Shown: one piece after another, positions 25,218-36,959 of the stretch | Position numbering within the stretch: the first letter of the stretch is position 1 | Layout of the letters: every line of letters starts with the position of its first letter | DNA from: Octopus sinensis | Taxonomy: Eukaryota | Direction of reading: 5' to 3' | Assembly (NCBI RefSeq): GCF_006345805.1 | Contig: NW_021833856.1 | Coordinates: forward strand, 1-53,365 | Length of the DNA stretch: 53,365 bases | The notes under the pieces: generated by a model | Seen by the model: the letters and a program-made list of their open reading frames with translations, nothing else | Told to the model about the DNA's origin: nothing | The model's database searches: none | Made by a program: the position numbers and the translations under genes

Positions 25218-25733
25218 AAGAGAAAATAAACAGAGAATGAAAAAACTTGTAGATTTCGTTGGTCCAGCATGGCGAATGAATGATACACACACACACACAC
25301 ATACATACATATTTACATAAATACATACATACATACATACATACATACATACATACATACATACATACATACATACATACATACATACATACTTATATAT
25401 ATATATAATCATAGCTATGTGGAAAGAAGTTTTCTCCCTCGCCAAATTGTTCTGGGTTCAGTTTTGCTGCGTGGCACCCTGTGCAAGTGTCTTCCAATAT
25501 AGTCTCGGGCTGCACTATGTAGGCGGAAACTGAAAGAAGCCTGTACTATAAAATATATGTGTGTGTGTATGTGTGTGTCTGTGTGTGTGAGTGTGTGTGT
25601 GTGTGTGTGTCTACCATCACTTGACATCCGGCCTTTCTGTTTCTACGTCTCCGGAAGTTAGCGGTGCCTAGCATAACAGCAGTCTAATAACCTAAACACG
25701 TTCTCTCTCTCTTTCACTCCCTACTTCTCTGTA

Positions 25734-25774
<41 letters not shown>

Positions 25775-25866
25775 AACACACCACAACACATACACACATA
25801 CATACATACATACATACATACACCATACATACATACATACATACATACATACATACATACATACAT

Positions 25867-25930
<64 letters not shown>

Positions 25931-26098
25931 GCCTGCTCGCTTAGCCAGCGGAGTGGCATCATTGAAGGCTAAAACAATGCGAATCGCATTGTGACCAGCG
26001 ATGTGTAGCAACATCTGATAGCCCGGTAAATCACGGTGATATATATATATATAATATATATATATATATATTATATATATATATATATAATATATATA

Positions 26099-26130
<32 letters not shown>

Positions 26131-26189
26131 GTATATATATATATATAATTATATATATATATATATATAATAATATATATATATGTATA

Positions 26190-26403
26190 TTCTTTTACTT
26201 GTTTCAGTCATTTCACTGCAGCCATGCTGGAGCACTGTCTTTTTAGTCGAACACATCGACCCCGGACGACTTACTGTTTGTTAGCCTAGTACTTATTCTA
26301 TCGGTCTCTTTTGCCGAACCGCTAAGTTACGGGGACGTAACACACACTACCATTGGTTGTCAGAGATGTGGCGGGACAAACACACAAACACAAACACACA
26401 CAC

Positions 26404-26460
<57 letters not shown>

Positions 26461-26855
26461 AGATATAATATATATATATATATATATATATCGCAGGAGT
26501 GGCTGTGTGGTAAGTAGCTTGCTAACCAACCACACGGTTGCGGGTTCAGTCCCACTGCGTGGCATCTTGGGCAAGTGTCTTCTGCTATAGCCCCGGGCCG
26601 ACCAATGCCTTGTGAGTGGATTTGGTAGACGGAAACTGAAAGAAGCCTGTCGTAATATGTATATATATTATAGTGTGTGGTGTTTGTGTGTCTGTGTTTG
26701 TCCCCCTAGCATTGCTTGACAACCGATGCTGGTGTGTTTAAGTCCCCGTCACTTAGCGGTTCGGCAAAAAGAGACCGATAGAATAAGTACTAAAAGGTGG
26801 TGCTCCAGCATGGCCGCATCAAATGACTGAAACAAGTAAAAGAGTAAAAGAGTAA
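26190..26855. mobile_element. Two SINE-B copies: 3' half on minus (26190-26400) and full copy on plus (26492-26855)
   Basis: Same motifs, separated by (TA)n. Confidence 0.88.
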
Positions 26856-27337
26856 ATATATATATATATAAATATCAGTAATGCAATACAAAGTATTGCC
26901 TTCCAGTAAAAAGTAGCCCGTGAGGGAAAAATACTTTGTATTGCATACTGATATTTTGAAACTTCTTCACACCGTTTCTCGTACTGTTAGCTTCCGTATT
27001 TCAGTCGAGTGTGTTGGTATTTATTGTGGTAACATCGTATTTTCGTCTTGGTATATGTTTGGCTGAAGAAGGTAAAGCAAATATGGGTGAGAGACATATC
27101 TTGCAAAACCTGAAACCTGCAGGTACCACATTATCCATTTTCCGGGTGTTTTCATCTTTCAGATGTTCTCCCTGGAGGTAAGACGGTTTTTTTTTTTGTT
27201 TTTTTTTTTTTTCTCTATTTTGTTGCACACACGCATTTTTACTAATACATACGCGGTGAAGCTACACTTTAGCGTCGTATTTTTACGTTCGCTATTTCCA
27301 GTAAATATCGGTACTTAGTTGTGCCATTTATTTACTA

Positions 27338-27392
<55 letters not shown>

Positions 27393-27494
27393 AGGCTTTA
27401 TTCAGTTTCCGTCTATCAAGTCCACTCACAAGGCTTTGATCGGCTCGAGGCTATTGTAGAAGATACTTTCCCAAGGTGCCACGCAGTGGGATAG

Positions 27495-27587
27495 CATATA
27501 TATAAAACTGAGAATGTGTATCTGTGTGTCTGTATGTGTGCATCATTAAAACCCGAGAACTACTCGAACAATTTCAGTCAAATTTTA
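27495..27587 (+). mobile_element. Possible 5' end of a non-autonomous Helitron-like element
   Basis: TATATATAAAACTGAGAA-(TG-rich)-AACTACTCGAACAATTTC resembles such heads; no 3' hairpin/CTAG found. Confidence 0.3.
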
Positions 27588-27754
27588 CTCATGGAGCTAA
27601 TAAGCGGACAGCTTTATTCTTATTTTTATAAGAATGCCATATTAGTATGGCGATAACTATTATTTTCCAGGAACGCTGCCGTGATCTCTTTTAGAGAGAC
27701 TTAGTAATTTTAATATTTCTATTATATATATATATATATATATATTATAATATA

Positions 27755-27795
<41 letters not shown>

Positions 27796-27818
27796 ATATA
27801 TCTATATATAATCAATAC

Positions 27819-27895
<77 letters not shown>

Positions 27896-27907
27896 ATATA
27901 TATATAG

Positions 27908-28375
27908 TTAGTTATCGCCATACTATATGGCATTCTTATAAAAATAAGAATAAAGCTGACCGCTTATTAGCTCCATGAGGCCATCGCCTTAAGTTAGCTA
28001 TTTGATACACAAACTGTATCCATATAACCTTTGAACAAGGGAGGTCAGTCGCTCCACACTACTGGCCGGCAGCTACAGACGCGTTTCGGGTATTGCCCCT
28101 TTTCAATGCAGCGTAGCCAAACCAGTAGGTGTCGCTTCCGACAATCTCTGTTCAAAGGTTTTTTTTACCTAGCTTCGGTGGAATACATCCACTTGTTTTC
28201 AATAATGGCTGCCGGCCAAGTAGTGTGGAGCGACTGACCTCCTTTGTTCAAAGGTTATATGGATACAGTTTGTGTATCAAATAGCTAACTTAAGGCGATG
28301 GCCTCATGGAGCTAATAAGCAATCAGCTTTATTCTTATTTTTATAAGAATGCCATATTAGTATGGCGATAACTAA
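27908..28375. repeat. Near-perfect long inverted repeat (arms 27908-28073 and 28208-28375)
   Basis: ~167-bp arms with only a few differences; 134-bp spacer holds the hammerhead; 27588-27720 is an extra direct copy of 28303-28435. Confidence 0.92.
28072..28112 (-). ncRNA. Minimal type I hammerhead ribozyme, U3-A8 core variant
   Basis: GCTGCA-TTGAAAA-GGG(GCAATA)CCC-GAAAC-GC-GTC/TGTAGC: 6-bp stem I, 3-bp stem II, palindromic ACGCGT stem III, GUC site (cut between 28078 and 28077). Confidence 0.8.
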
Positions 28376-28433
28376 TATTTTCCGGGAACGCTGCCGTTGT
28401 TCTCTTTTAGAGAGACTAGTAATTTTAATTTTC

Positions 28434-28507
<74 letters not shown>

Positions 28508-28579
28508 TGTGTATATACATCTGCACATATATATGTATGTGTGTGTATATATATATATAATATATATATATATATTCAT

Positions 28580-29150
28580 ACAGCAGAAATTGTAAAAAAC
28601 TCGTTAATCCCGAATCGGACCTATTTCTGGATTAATCCACAAGGATTCTTTCTTCTTGAGCGAGAAACATAATTAGAGTAAATGAAACACTTACATATAC
28701 TCACGGAGAAAGCAGAAGTAAAGTCATGCGTACAATTAAGTACCTCAAATATATCTTAACAGAAATTCTGTAGCAAGCCTCAGCACGCGTGTAGACAGTT
28801 TGGAAAACTCACGTAACGTGATTACCAGTCCCGGAGTGAATAGTAATAAATTTACTTCTAAGTTTTCTAAACAAATTTTATCAGTGGCCAGCATATTAAA
28901 ATACCTTTTATGGTGACAGGTAATCACTTTACGTGAGTTTTCTAGACTGTCTACACGTGTGCTTAGACTTGCTACATAATTTCTGTTTAGATATATTTGC
29001 GGTACTTAAATGTACGCATGACTTTGCATCTGCTTTTTCCGTGGGTATATGTAAGTGTTCCATTTATTCTAATTGTGTTTCTCGCTGAAGAAGACGAATC
29101 CAGAAATCAGTCCGATTCGGGAATACCAAATTTTTAGAAATTCTGTTAGC
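28580..29150. repeat. Diverged foldback (arms ~28580-28829 and ~28918-29150)
   Basis: Arms align as reverse complements (e.g. gagaaacataattagagtaaatgaaacacttacatatac); the spacer has a further inverted homologue at ~29285-29330. Confidence 0.85.
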
Positions 29151-29369
29151 TTGCTATCCTCGTTTCAACACGCTATCTATAGTAAAAATATTGTATGTGG
29201 TTAGACAATCTAAGGTATGTTTTTCAGCATATTGGCATAGAATTTGTTTTCCTTTACCTTTATTTATAATCGATTATGATTTTCACTTTAAAAGGTATTT
29301 TAATATGCTGGTCACTATAAGAACAGTTTTTAAAAATGTCATCCTTATATTAAAAGTAATTCATGCATA

Positions 29370-29456
<87 letters not shown>

Positions 29457-29480
29457 ATATATATATAATATAATATATAT

Positions 29481-29561
<81 letters not shown>

Positions 29562-29566
<5 letters not shown>

Positions 29567-31824
29567 TAAAGAAATGGAGCTAACAACAATTAGAAGTTGA
29601 TTATAGGTATTGTTAAAAGATCATAGTTTAATTGTAGTTAAAAAAACATCTACAACTGTTTGAGTTTGTTATTATTGAAGTAAATTTGCATTTATCTCGT
29701 TCCATGTAACAAACATCGTCAGAGTGACTAAGGGAAAAGGGAAAAGGAAAAAGGGAAAAAGTTCGTTATGGCTTACATTTTTGTGCTTACATTTTTGTGT
29801 CCATGTGGAGTAATAAGTAGGGAAAATGACTAGGTGACCGGTGGCGTTAGTTGAAAGAGTTATACTTGGTAGTAATATCCGGTGTCGTTAATTGTAATAA
29901 ATAACGCTGCTTGAGACTGCTAGATAAGTCCCTATGATAGCAAATAATTAAAAATTAAGGATGCTCTTGTTAAAAATTAAGGATACTCTTAAAAGTTTAA
30001 GTGCGATATACGGTATAAATTCGGGTTACGAAAAAGCATAATAGATATATAAATAAATAGATAAAGATGTTTTTATGTGCGGTGCAGGCTATCTACTCGT
30101 TAATATAATTAAAACCAATAGAGTCGGCTTGAATAGGATAAATCGCTCATTCAATTGTGTTCATGTTAGTGGCCGCCCTATCAATTAGTATGTTAGTCAG
30201 TGATCTAACTTTGATATGAATATATTAAAGAGAATTATAGCTCCAGGTGTACATCGTACAGTTACGATGAATCAGTTATTGGGGGGTAATTTCATTTAAT
30301 TGTGATGTGATATTAAATCATGCTCTAAGGTAAGGGGGTTAATCAGATGTTAGGCAGGTCAGCTAATAACATGTAATGTAGGTATTAGCGGTATTTAGAG
30401 AATAAGAATTTATATTTATGTAGGCCTGTTGTATATTTCTCGTGTCGTTTATTAAGTAATTCTGATTGGCCATTAAAATGTAGAATTTCTCCTTTATGCA
30501 TAAATTTCAGCGATTATTTTAAAGGTTATATGAAAACGTTTTGGCTAGGATACGCCATTCTAATCTGTAATTAATGTTATTATCTTTAAGTTCCGAGGTG
30601 TTACTATTTAATCCGGTAGAGTTGGCTTTATTTCTATTTCTGAAACCTGAGAGATGGGAATTATATCTAAGTTTCATTTCATTTTTAGTTGTACCTATAT
30701 AAGTTATCGTGGAATTATTGGAGAATACATCACATTGGTAGATTATATTTTTAGTTTTATATTTATTCAAGAATTCACAATCATTTTTATCTCTGCAACC
30801 ATATAGATTAGTAAGATTATCTGTATATGATATGGTGGAGGGGATTATCATTTATAAGATGTTTGCCCGAATTTTTAGAGGGTAGGTTATTTGGGGGATC
30901 ACTTATTATATCAATCGATTAGTTGTTGTGCTTTTTATTGTTATTCTTCTTAGTTTCATAGAAGGAATCTAGTTTTTATTTTTGATAGAGGCTATAATAG
31001 TAGCTTGGTTGCTAGTTAGTTTATGGCCTACTCTAATTTTATTGCTAAAGATTTCTGAGTATTTCATATTCATATTGAAGGGCTTATTTATAAGTTTCAT
31101 TATAGATTTAACTATATTCGTTTTTAGTTTATATCGCGAAGGGGATTATCAGCCAGATGCTATCCTTATTCCGTTTGCTATTTTCAATATTTTTGTTTTA
31201 GGTGTAAAGAATGCCCTCAGTATTGTTGTAGATCGTAAATTTATAATTATAATTCTTCTTCTTTTTCTATTGTACTATCAGCTTTGGTAGTCTTGCTCCA
31301 TTTCGATTCATTTATTCTATTTACCTTGGTATTATAATTACTAACAGGGACGTTATTGGTTCTTTAGCATCCTTAATTTTAAACAAGGGTATTATTTGCC
31401 ATCATAGGGACTTATCTAGCGGTCTCAAACGGTGTTATTTATTACAATAAACAACACCGGATATTACTACCAGGTATTACTCTTTCAACTAACACCGCCG
31501 GTCACCTAGTCATTTTCCTCACTTATTGCCCCATTCATCTAATTGAAGAAATATACACACACGTAGAACCTTAAAGGACACAAAAATGTAAGCACAAAAT
31601 GTAAGACTTAACGAAGATTTTCCTTCCTTCTTTTTTTCTTTTCCTTTTCTCTTGATCCTTCTGACGACGTTCGTTAAATGGAACGAGATAAATGCAAATT
31701 TATTTCAAAAATAACAAACTGAAACAGCTGAAAAATGTTTTTTTTAACTACAATTAAACTATGACTTATTAATACCAGTAATCAACTTCTAATTGTTAAT
31801 TGTTTGCTCCATTTCTTTTCTTAT
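29562..31824 (-). mobile_element. Penelope-like element relic with inverted terminal arms (29562-~29988 and ~31366-31824)
   Basis: Minus strand encodes a PLE linker (KTNIVKSIMKLINKPF) and GIY-YIG remnant (GCRDKNDC...IIYQCDV...YIGTT...RYNSH...NSTGL...LKD...WRIL...LLNKR); the flanking arms are diverged inverted copies. Confidence 0.85.
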
Positions 31825-32049
31825 TTGAATATATTCAACGACGGTTTACCATTTAAATTAGCAACTACTGTTAACAGTACAGCAGGGCCTATACATAGTG
31901 AGGTAATACACCAGTAAAGCATACGGATACATTTATCCCTTAGACTGTAAGCATAACCTATAACACATAAATTATATATATGTACATGTACATATATGTA
32001 TATATGTGTATATAACATATATATATATATATATGCATATATATGTATA

Positions 32050-32093
<44 letters not shown>

Positions 32094-32221
32094 TATATTG
32101 TATATATATATGTATATATACATATACATGTATATCTACATATATATACATATTTATATATGTATATACATATTTATACATGTATATATATATATATATA
32201 TTCATGTGTATATACATGTAT

Positions 32222-32254
<33 letters not shown>

Positions 32255-32472
32255 TATATTAAATTAGAGATAGAACCACTATTAGGCAAATCAAACAGTG
32301 AAAAACATAAGCCAAAACATAAAATTAATTAAAAAATATAAAAGTTAAAAATGAAAACTTATTTAAATAATTTAAACTTATAAATTTTATATATATACAA
32401 CTATATATATATATATGTATGTATGTATATTTTTATGTTTATATATTATTATTTTATTAATTAATTAATTTA

Positions 32473-32509
<37 letters not shown>

Positions 32510-32560
32510 CTTTTTTTTTAATATCAAAAGTATTAAAAGTTTAATAAAAGATAAAGAGTA

Positions 32561-32660
32561 AAATACTACGATCGTTTCATGGCTGTACCAATTCGGATAA
32601 CTATAATTTAAATTCAATTAATAATTCGAGTTATGGTTACAGTCAATCTTCAGGTTATTT
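32561..32660 (-). ncRNA. Type I hammerhead ribozyme, canonical core, 68-nt stem II
   Basis: AAATAAC-CTGAAGA-[TTGACTGTAACCA...TGGTACAGCCAT]-GAAA-CGATCG-TA/GTATTT; palindromic ACGATCGT stem III, GUA site; base of stem II is a U-U mismatch. Confidence 0.7.
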
Positions 32661-32930
32661 GAAATATTTTAAAAATAATCAGAAATATTAAAACAATATT
32701 TTTAAGATAAAAATAATATAATAATTTTACTTCTAATAAACTCTATTATCAAACTAGAAACTTAAAACTTAACAATTATGATTATATCAAAATCGATTAT
32801 AATGTTAAATATTAATTTTAATTTATAAGGTAGGAAACCCACCAATAATCTAATATCGGTAATAGTCTATATCTAATTACATAAATATTAAAAAACAAAA
32901 AAATATATTTTATATGAAAAATATATATAT

Positions 32931-33343
32931 AGGCGCAGGAGTGGCTGTGTGGTAAGTAGCTTGCTAACCAACCACATGGTTCCGGGTTCAGTCCCACTGC
33001 GTGGCATCTTGGGCAAGTGTCTTCTGCTATAGACCCGGGCCGACCAATGCCTTGTGAGTGGATTTGGTAGACGGAAACTGAAAGAAGCCTGTCGTATATA
33101 TGTATATATATATATATAAGTGTGTTTGTGTGTCTGTGTTTGTCCCCCTAGCATCGCTTGACAACCGATGCTGGTGTGTTTACGTCCCCGTCACTTAGCG
33201 GTTCGGCAAAAAGACACCGATAGAATAAGTACTGGGCTTACAAAGAATAAGTCCCGGGGTCGAGTTGCTCGATTAAAGGCGGTGCTCCAGCATGGCCGCA
33301 GTCAAATGACTGAAACAAGTAAAAAGAGAAAAAGAGAAAAGAG
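32931..33343 (+). mobile_element. SINE family B, full length
   Basis: Same head, internal microsatellite and tail. Confidence 0.92.
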
Positions 33344-34106
33344 AATATATATGTGTGTGTATGTATATATGTATATATATATGTATTCATGTTTATAATA
33401 CAAATAAGACAATGGAGAAACAAATTTAGTTTGTTCATCAACTTTCGGATATTAGAATATTGGATTATTTATTCATTTAACAAAATGAGAACCTTAGTAG
33501 TATACATATATATCTTATAATTCAATACATATAAGATAAGAATACAAAGTATTAAAAGTCATAATATAAATTATTGAAATCATTAAAATCACTTCTTACA
33601 TCCGTTTAAGCCTATGTCTAAAAGTAGTTAATTTTATTTTTATTGCCTATAGTTGTCAACATAATTATGTTTTAGACATTTAAAAATAGGGTACTTATAT
33701 ATATATATATATATAATCATAGTCCTCGTCAGAGGTTATAAGGAACTTAAAAAATATTAATATTAATATATTAAACATGATACACGTATTATTTAATATA
33801 TATAAAAGATATGAACAAATATCCATATAAACATATACATATACATATATACTTACATATACATACATTAATCAGCCGAAATTGTGAGGATGACTTGGTT
33901 CTTGACTGAGGATACAAAGCTTCGAATGACCCGTCCTTGTTTTTTTATATCGTCTGTTTGGATGTTTTGTTGTCCCTTTTTGTATCACCTAGTTGTCCGG
34001 ATGTTTTGCGTTCTTGTATTATATATATATATATAATATATATAATATATTATATATATATATATATATAATATATATAATATATATATATAATATATAT
34101 ATATAT

Positions 34107-34137
<31 letters not shown>

Positions 34138-34151
34138 CATATATATTATAC

Positions 34152-34201
<50 letters not shown>

Positions 34202-34234
34202 TTAATAGATAGATAGATAGATAGATAGACAGAT

Positions 34235-34324
<90 letters not shown>

Positions 34325-34378
34325 GAAGAGTTACAAAACAAACAGATGTATTAGTATAACGATCAGGAATAGAAAAAA

Positions 34379-34420
34379 GTCTTTTACGTTTCGAGCCTAC
34401 GCTCTTCTACAGAAAGGGAC
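34379..34420 (-). ncRNA. Hammerhead-like motif (CUGUAGA core) in a short PLE-type repeat
   Basis: GTCCCTTT-CTGTAGA-A-GAGC(GTAG)GCTC-GAAACGTA/AAAGAC; position 6 is U instead of A. Confidence 0.5.
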
Positions 34421-35448
34421 ACAGAAAAAAAAAACAAGGAGAGAAACCGGTCGAAGGTAGGTCGATGCTGACTGTTCTTTTTCAGTAATCATCTCTGGCA
34501 AACTCACCTCTGGGCTTCGAGGCCTGCTCTTGATCTGCAGTAGCGATGACGTCTGCTGCAGGTAAAACTATTTGAAGTAACGGAGAAATAACGCCTCACA
34601 TATACTCTTTCGTATTCCCGCTGCTGTTTCTCCTCGATACCTGGGATTACGTGTTTCGGTAATCTGTACTATTCTTCGCATCGCTGAACCTTCTCCTCTG
34701 AGGTGCCTGGAGAGATGACGGAGCTCTTCATATGTCTCTTCAGGACATACCTGCGTCGCAACAGCTAACCATCATTGATCCACCCGCTTTAACATAGTTC
34801 AATGTAGAAAACTACTTTATGGAACTTATTCGCCCTCCATCCTGTAAACATGTTTTATTCAGTGCAGCTGCGATGCGCGAATGAAGGCCTCCACGCCAGT
34901 TGAGCAAGACCTTTACATCATGTATGTATACATGCATCAGCTTCCCCTTCTTATTAAGCTTTCATGAAGCAGGCTTCTGTGGATATTTTTCGCCAGTCGT
35001 TTCTTTAATTAGTAACATTTTATTCTGGAAAGAATTTGACATCTCAAGTCGTTCGAAGAATTTACAATCATTTCAGACTCTATTTAACTGATGGGTCTAT
35101 TATTACCGAAACATGTCCGTAGTTGTCACGTATTGCTGTATATCAGATTCACTGTCCGCTGCATTCCATATTTAATTTCAGTTAATTAAAATATCAGGGC
35201 TGTCTCCCTTTGCAATTTGAGTTAGAATTAATCATTTAGAAAAAAGACTATTTGCATTACGAAGGAGGTAATTTTAATTAAAATTACTAGATTACGACAT
35301 TAGGTATGCTAGCCACAACTTTATAACGAAACTTTCAGACAACAGACCTTCTAGTGTGTGCGTGTGTATGTGCGAGCCTATGTGTGTGCATATATGTATG
35401 TGTAAGTGTGTGTGTTTGTGTGAGTACGTGTATGTGTGTGCGCGCGCG

Positions 35449-35502
<54 letters not shown>

Positions 35503-36027
35503 ATCAATATAGGGTAGCAAAAAATTCAATAGAAATTTATCGCCACCAGCGGTCTAGTGAGAAAGAGAAATAGTCAAAGACTATATATAAATTCAACAAC
35601 AATTGAGGAATGGCCTTAATAGGCCATTCGACCCACTAGAAAGAGCAGCCAGGACTCAAACCGCCAAGTAGTAGTAATTCAGAAATTAGAGAAAATTTTA
35701 AAACATTTACTCTAAATCATCTTTTGACAATGCATTGTTTCGGTGTTTTTAATGGCAAACCAGCTTAATTAAATTAAATTAAGTCAATCCACCAAAGGCT
35801 ACACCTCGTCGGTAAAGAGGCCAGGAGAGACGGATATACACGAGGCATTTGTATCTATGCCCTAGGAATATCTGCCCTAAAATTTTCAAAACTATCGTAC
35901 TCGCGCCAATTTATCAGCAGTAGATATAAACTGCTGATTCAATTTCAAAATTAGTCAGAAAATCATCAATTAATCAATATAGGGTAGCAAAAAATTAAGG
36001 CCTATTAAGGCCATTCCTCAATTGTTG

Positions 36028-36058
<31 letters not shown>

Positions 36059-36745
36059 CGCTCTCACAAATACATTCACACATATGTATGTATGTATGTG
36101 TGTGTGTGTGTGCATGTGCGTGTATATATATATATATATATAGGCGCAGGCGTAGCTATGTGGTAGGAAGCTTGCTTCCCAACCACATGGTTCCGAGTTC
36201 AGTCCCACTGCGTTGCACTTTGTTCAAGTAGCTTCTTCTATAGTGTCCTGCCGACCAAATTCGATATGTATTATTCGTATGGGTGTGTATAAATACTTGC
36301 ATTTATGTACCATGGAATATATTACATTGAAGACGACAAAGGGGTTTTATATCTCTAAACCAGGAATCGATCTAACCCTTTTAAAACTCAACGAGAAATG
36401 AAGGGGATTTTTCCTTGTGTAGTATGTCCTGTACTCTGTTTTTCCTGTTGTAAAAAAACGGCTTTTCCGTTTTCGTTTCTCGTTGAGTTCTACGTCTAGT
36501 TGTGGTGTCCTGTACTCACGTGTATATATATTTATATATGCATGTATATATACATGTAGATGTAGGCACGTACATATATGTTTGTATGTATGCATATATT
36601 TTATTCATTACATTATATATATATATATATATATACACACAGAAAAGAGGAATTTCGATTATCCCCAAGTGGTGAGTTGTAATGTATATAAGAAATTAAA
36701 AAAGGAAAATATGCACGCTTACATAGTTTTAATATAATTTTTTAT

Positions 36746-36780
36746 ATATCGGCCGGTTTCGCTATCGCTATTCATGATAT
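36746..36780 (-). ncRNA. Minimal hammerhead motif, A3-U8 core variant, probably inactivated (GUC to GCC)
   Basis: ATATC-ATGAATA-GC(GATA)GC-GAAA-CCGG-CC/GATAT; 5-bp stem I, 2-bp stem II. Confidence 0.55.
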
Positions 36781-36959
36781 TATGTTTTACTTATTTGAAT
36801 ATATATTTTTTCTTAAGAAGAAATTTTGTCCATGTTGTGTGTGATGAAATTCACGAGTGAATGACTTCACAAGTAGATTTTACTGTCAGGAGTACATTGT
36901 TTACTCAGAGGTATTTCATTTATTTTGGGTTTATACCCTCAATTAATATTATTGTTAAT

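Noticed and set aside
31655-31700. Hammerhead in the PLE arms (also ~29680-29725)
   Set aside because: CTGACGA is present but both copies read GGAAC instead of GAAAC and stems I/III are unconvincing.
32931-33010. tRNA genes at SINE heads
   Set aside because: A and B boxes are present but there is no full cloverleaf, and each continues into a SINE body.
35088-35125. Plus-strand hammerhead (CTGATG-GGT..ACC-GAAACATGTC)
   Set aside because: A9 is missing and no stem I forms; relic at best.
35720-35770. Minus-strand GAAACAATGCATTGTC half-ribozyme
   Set aside because: No CUGANGA-like core upstream.
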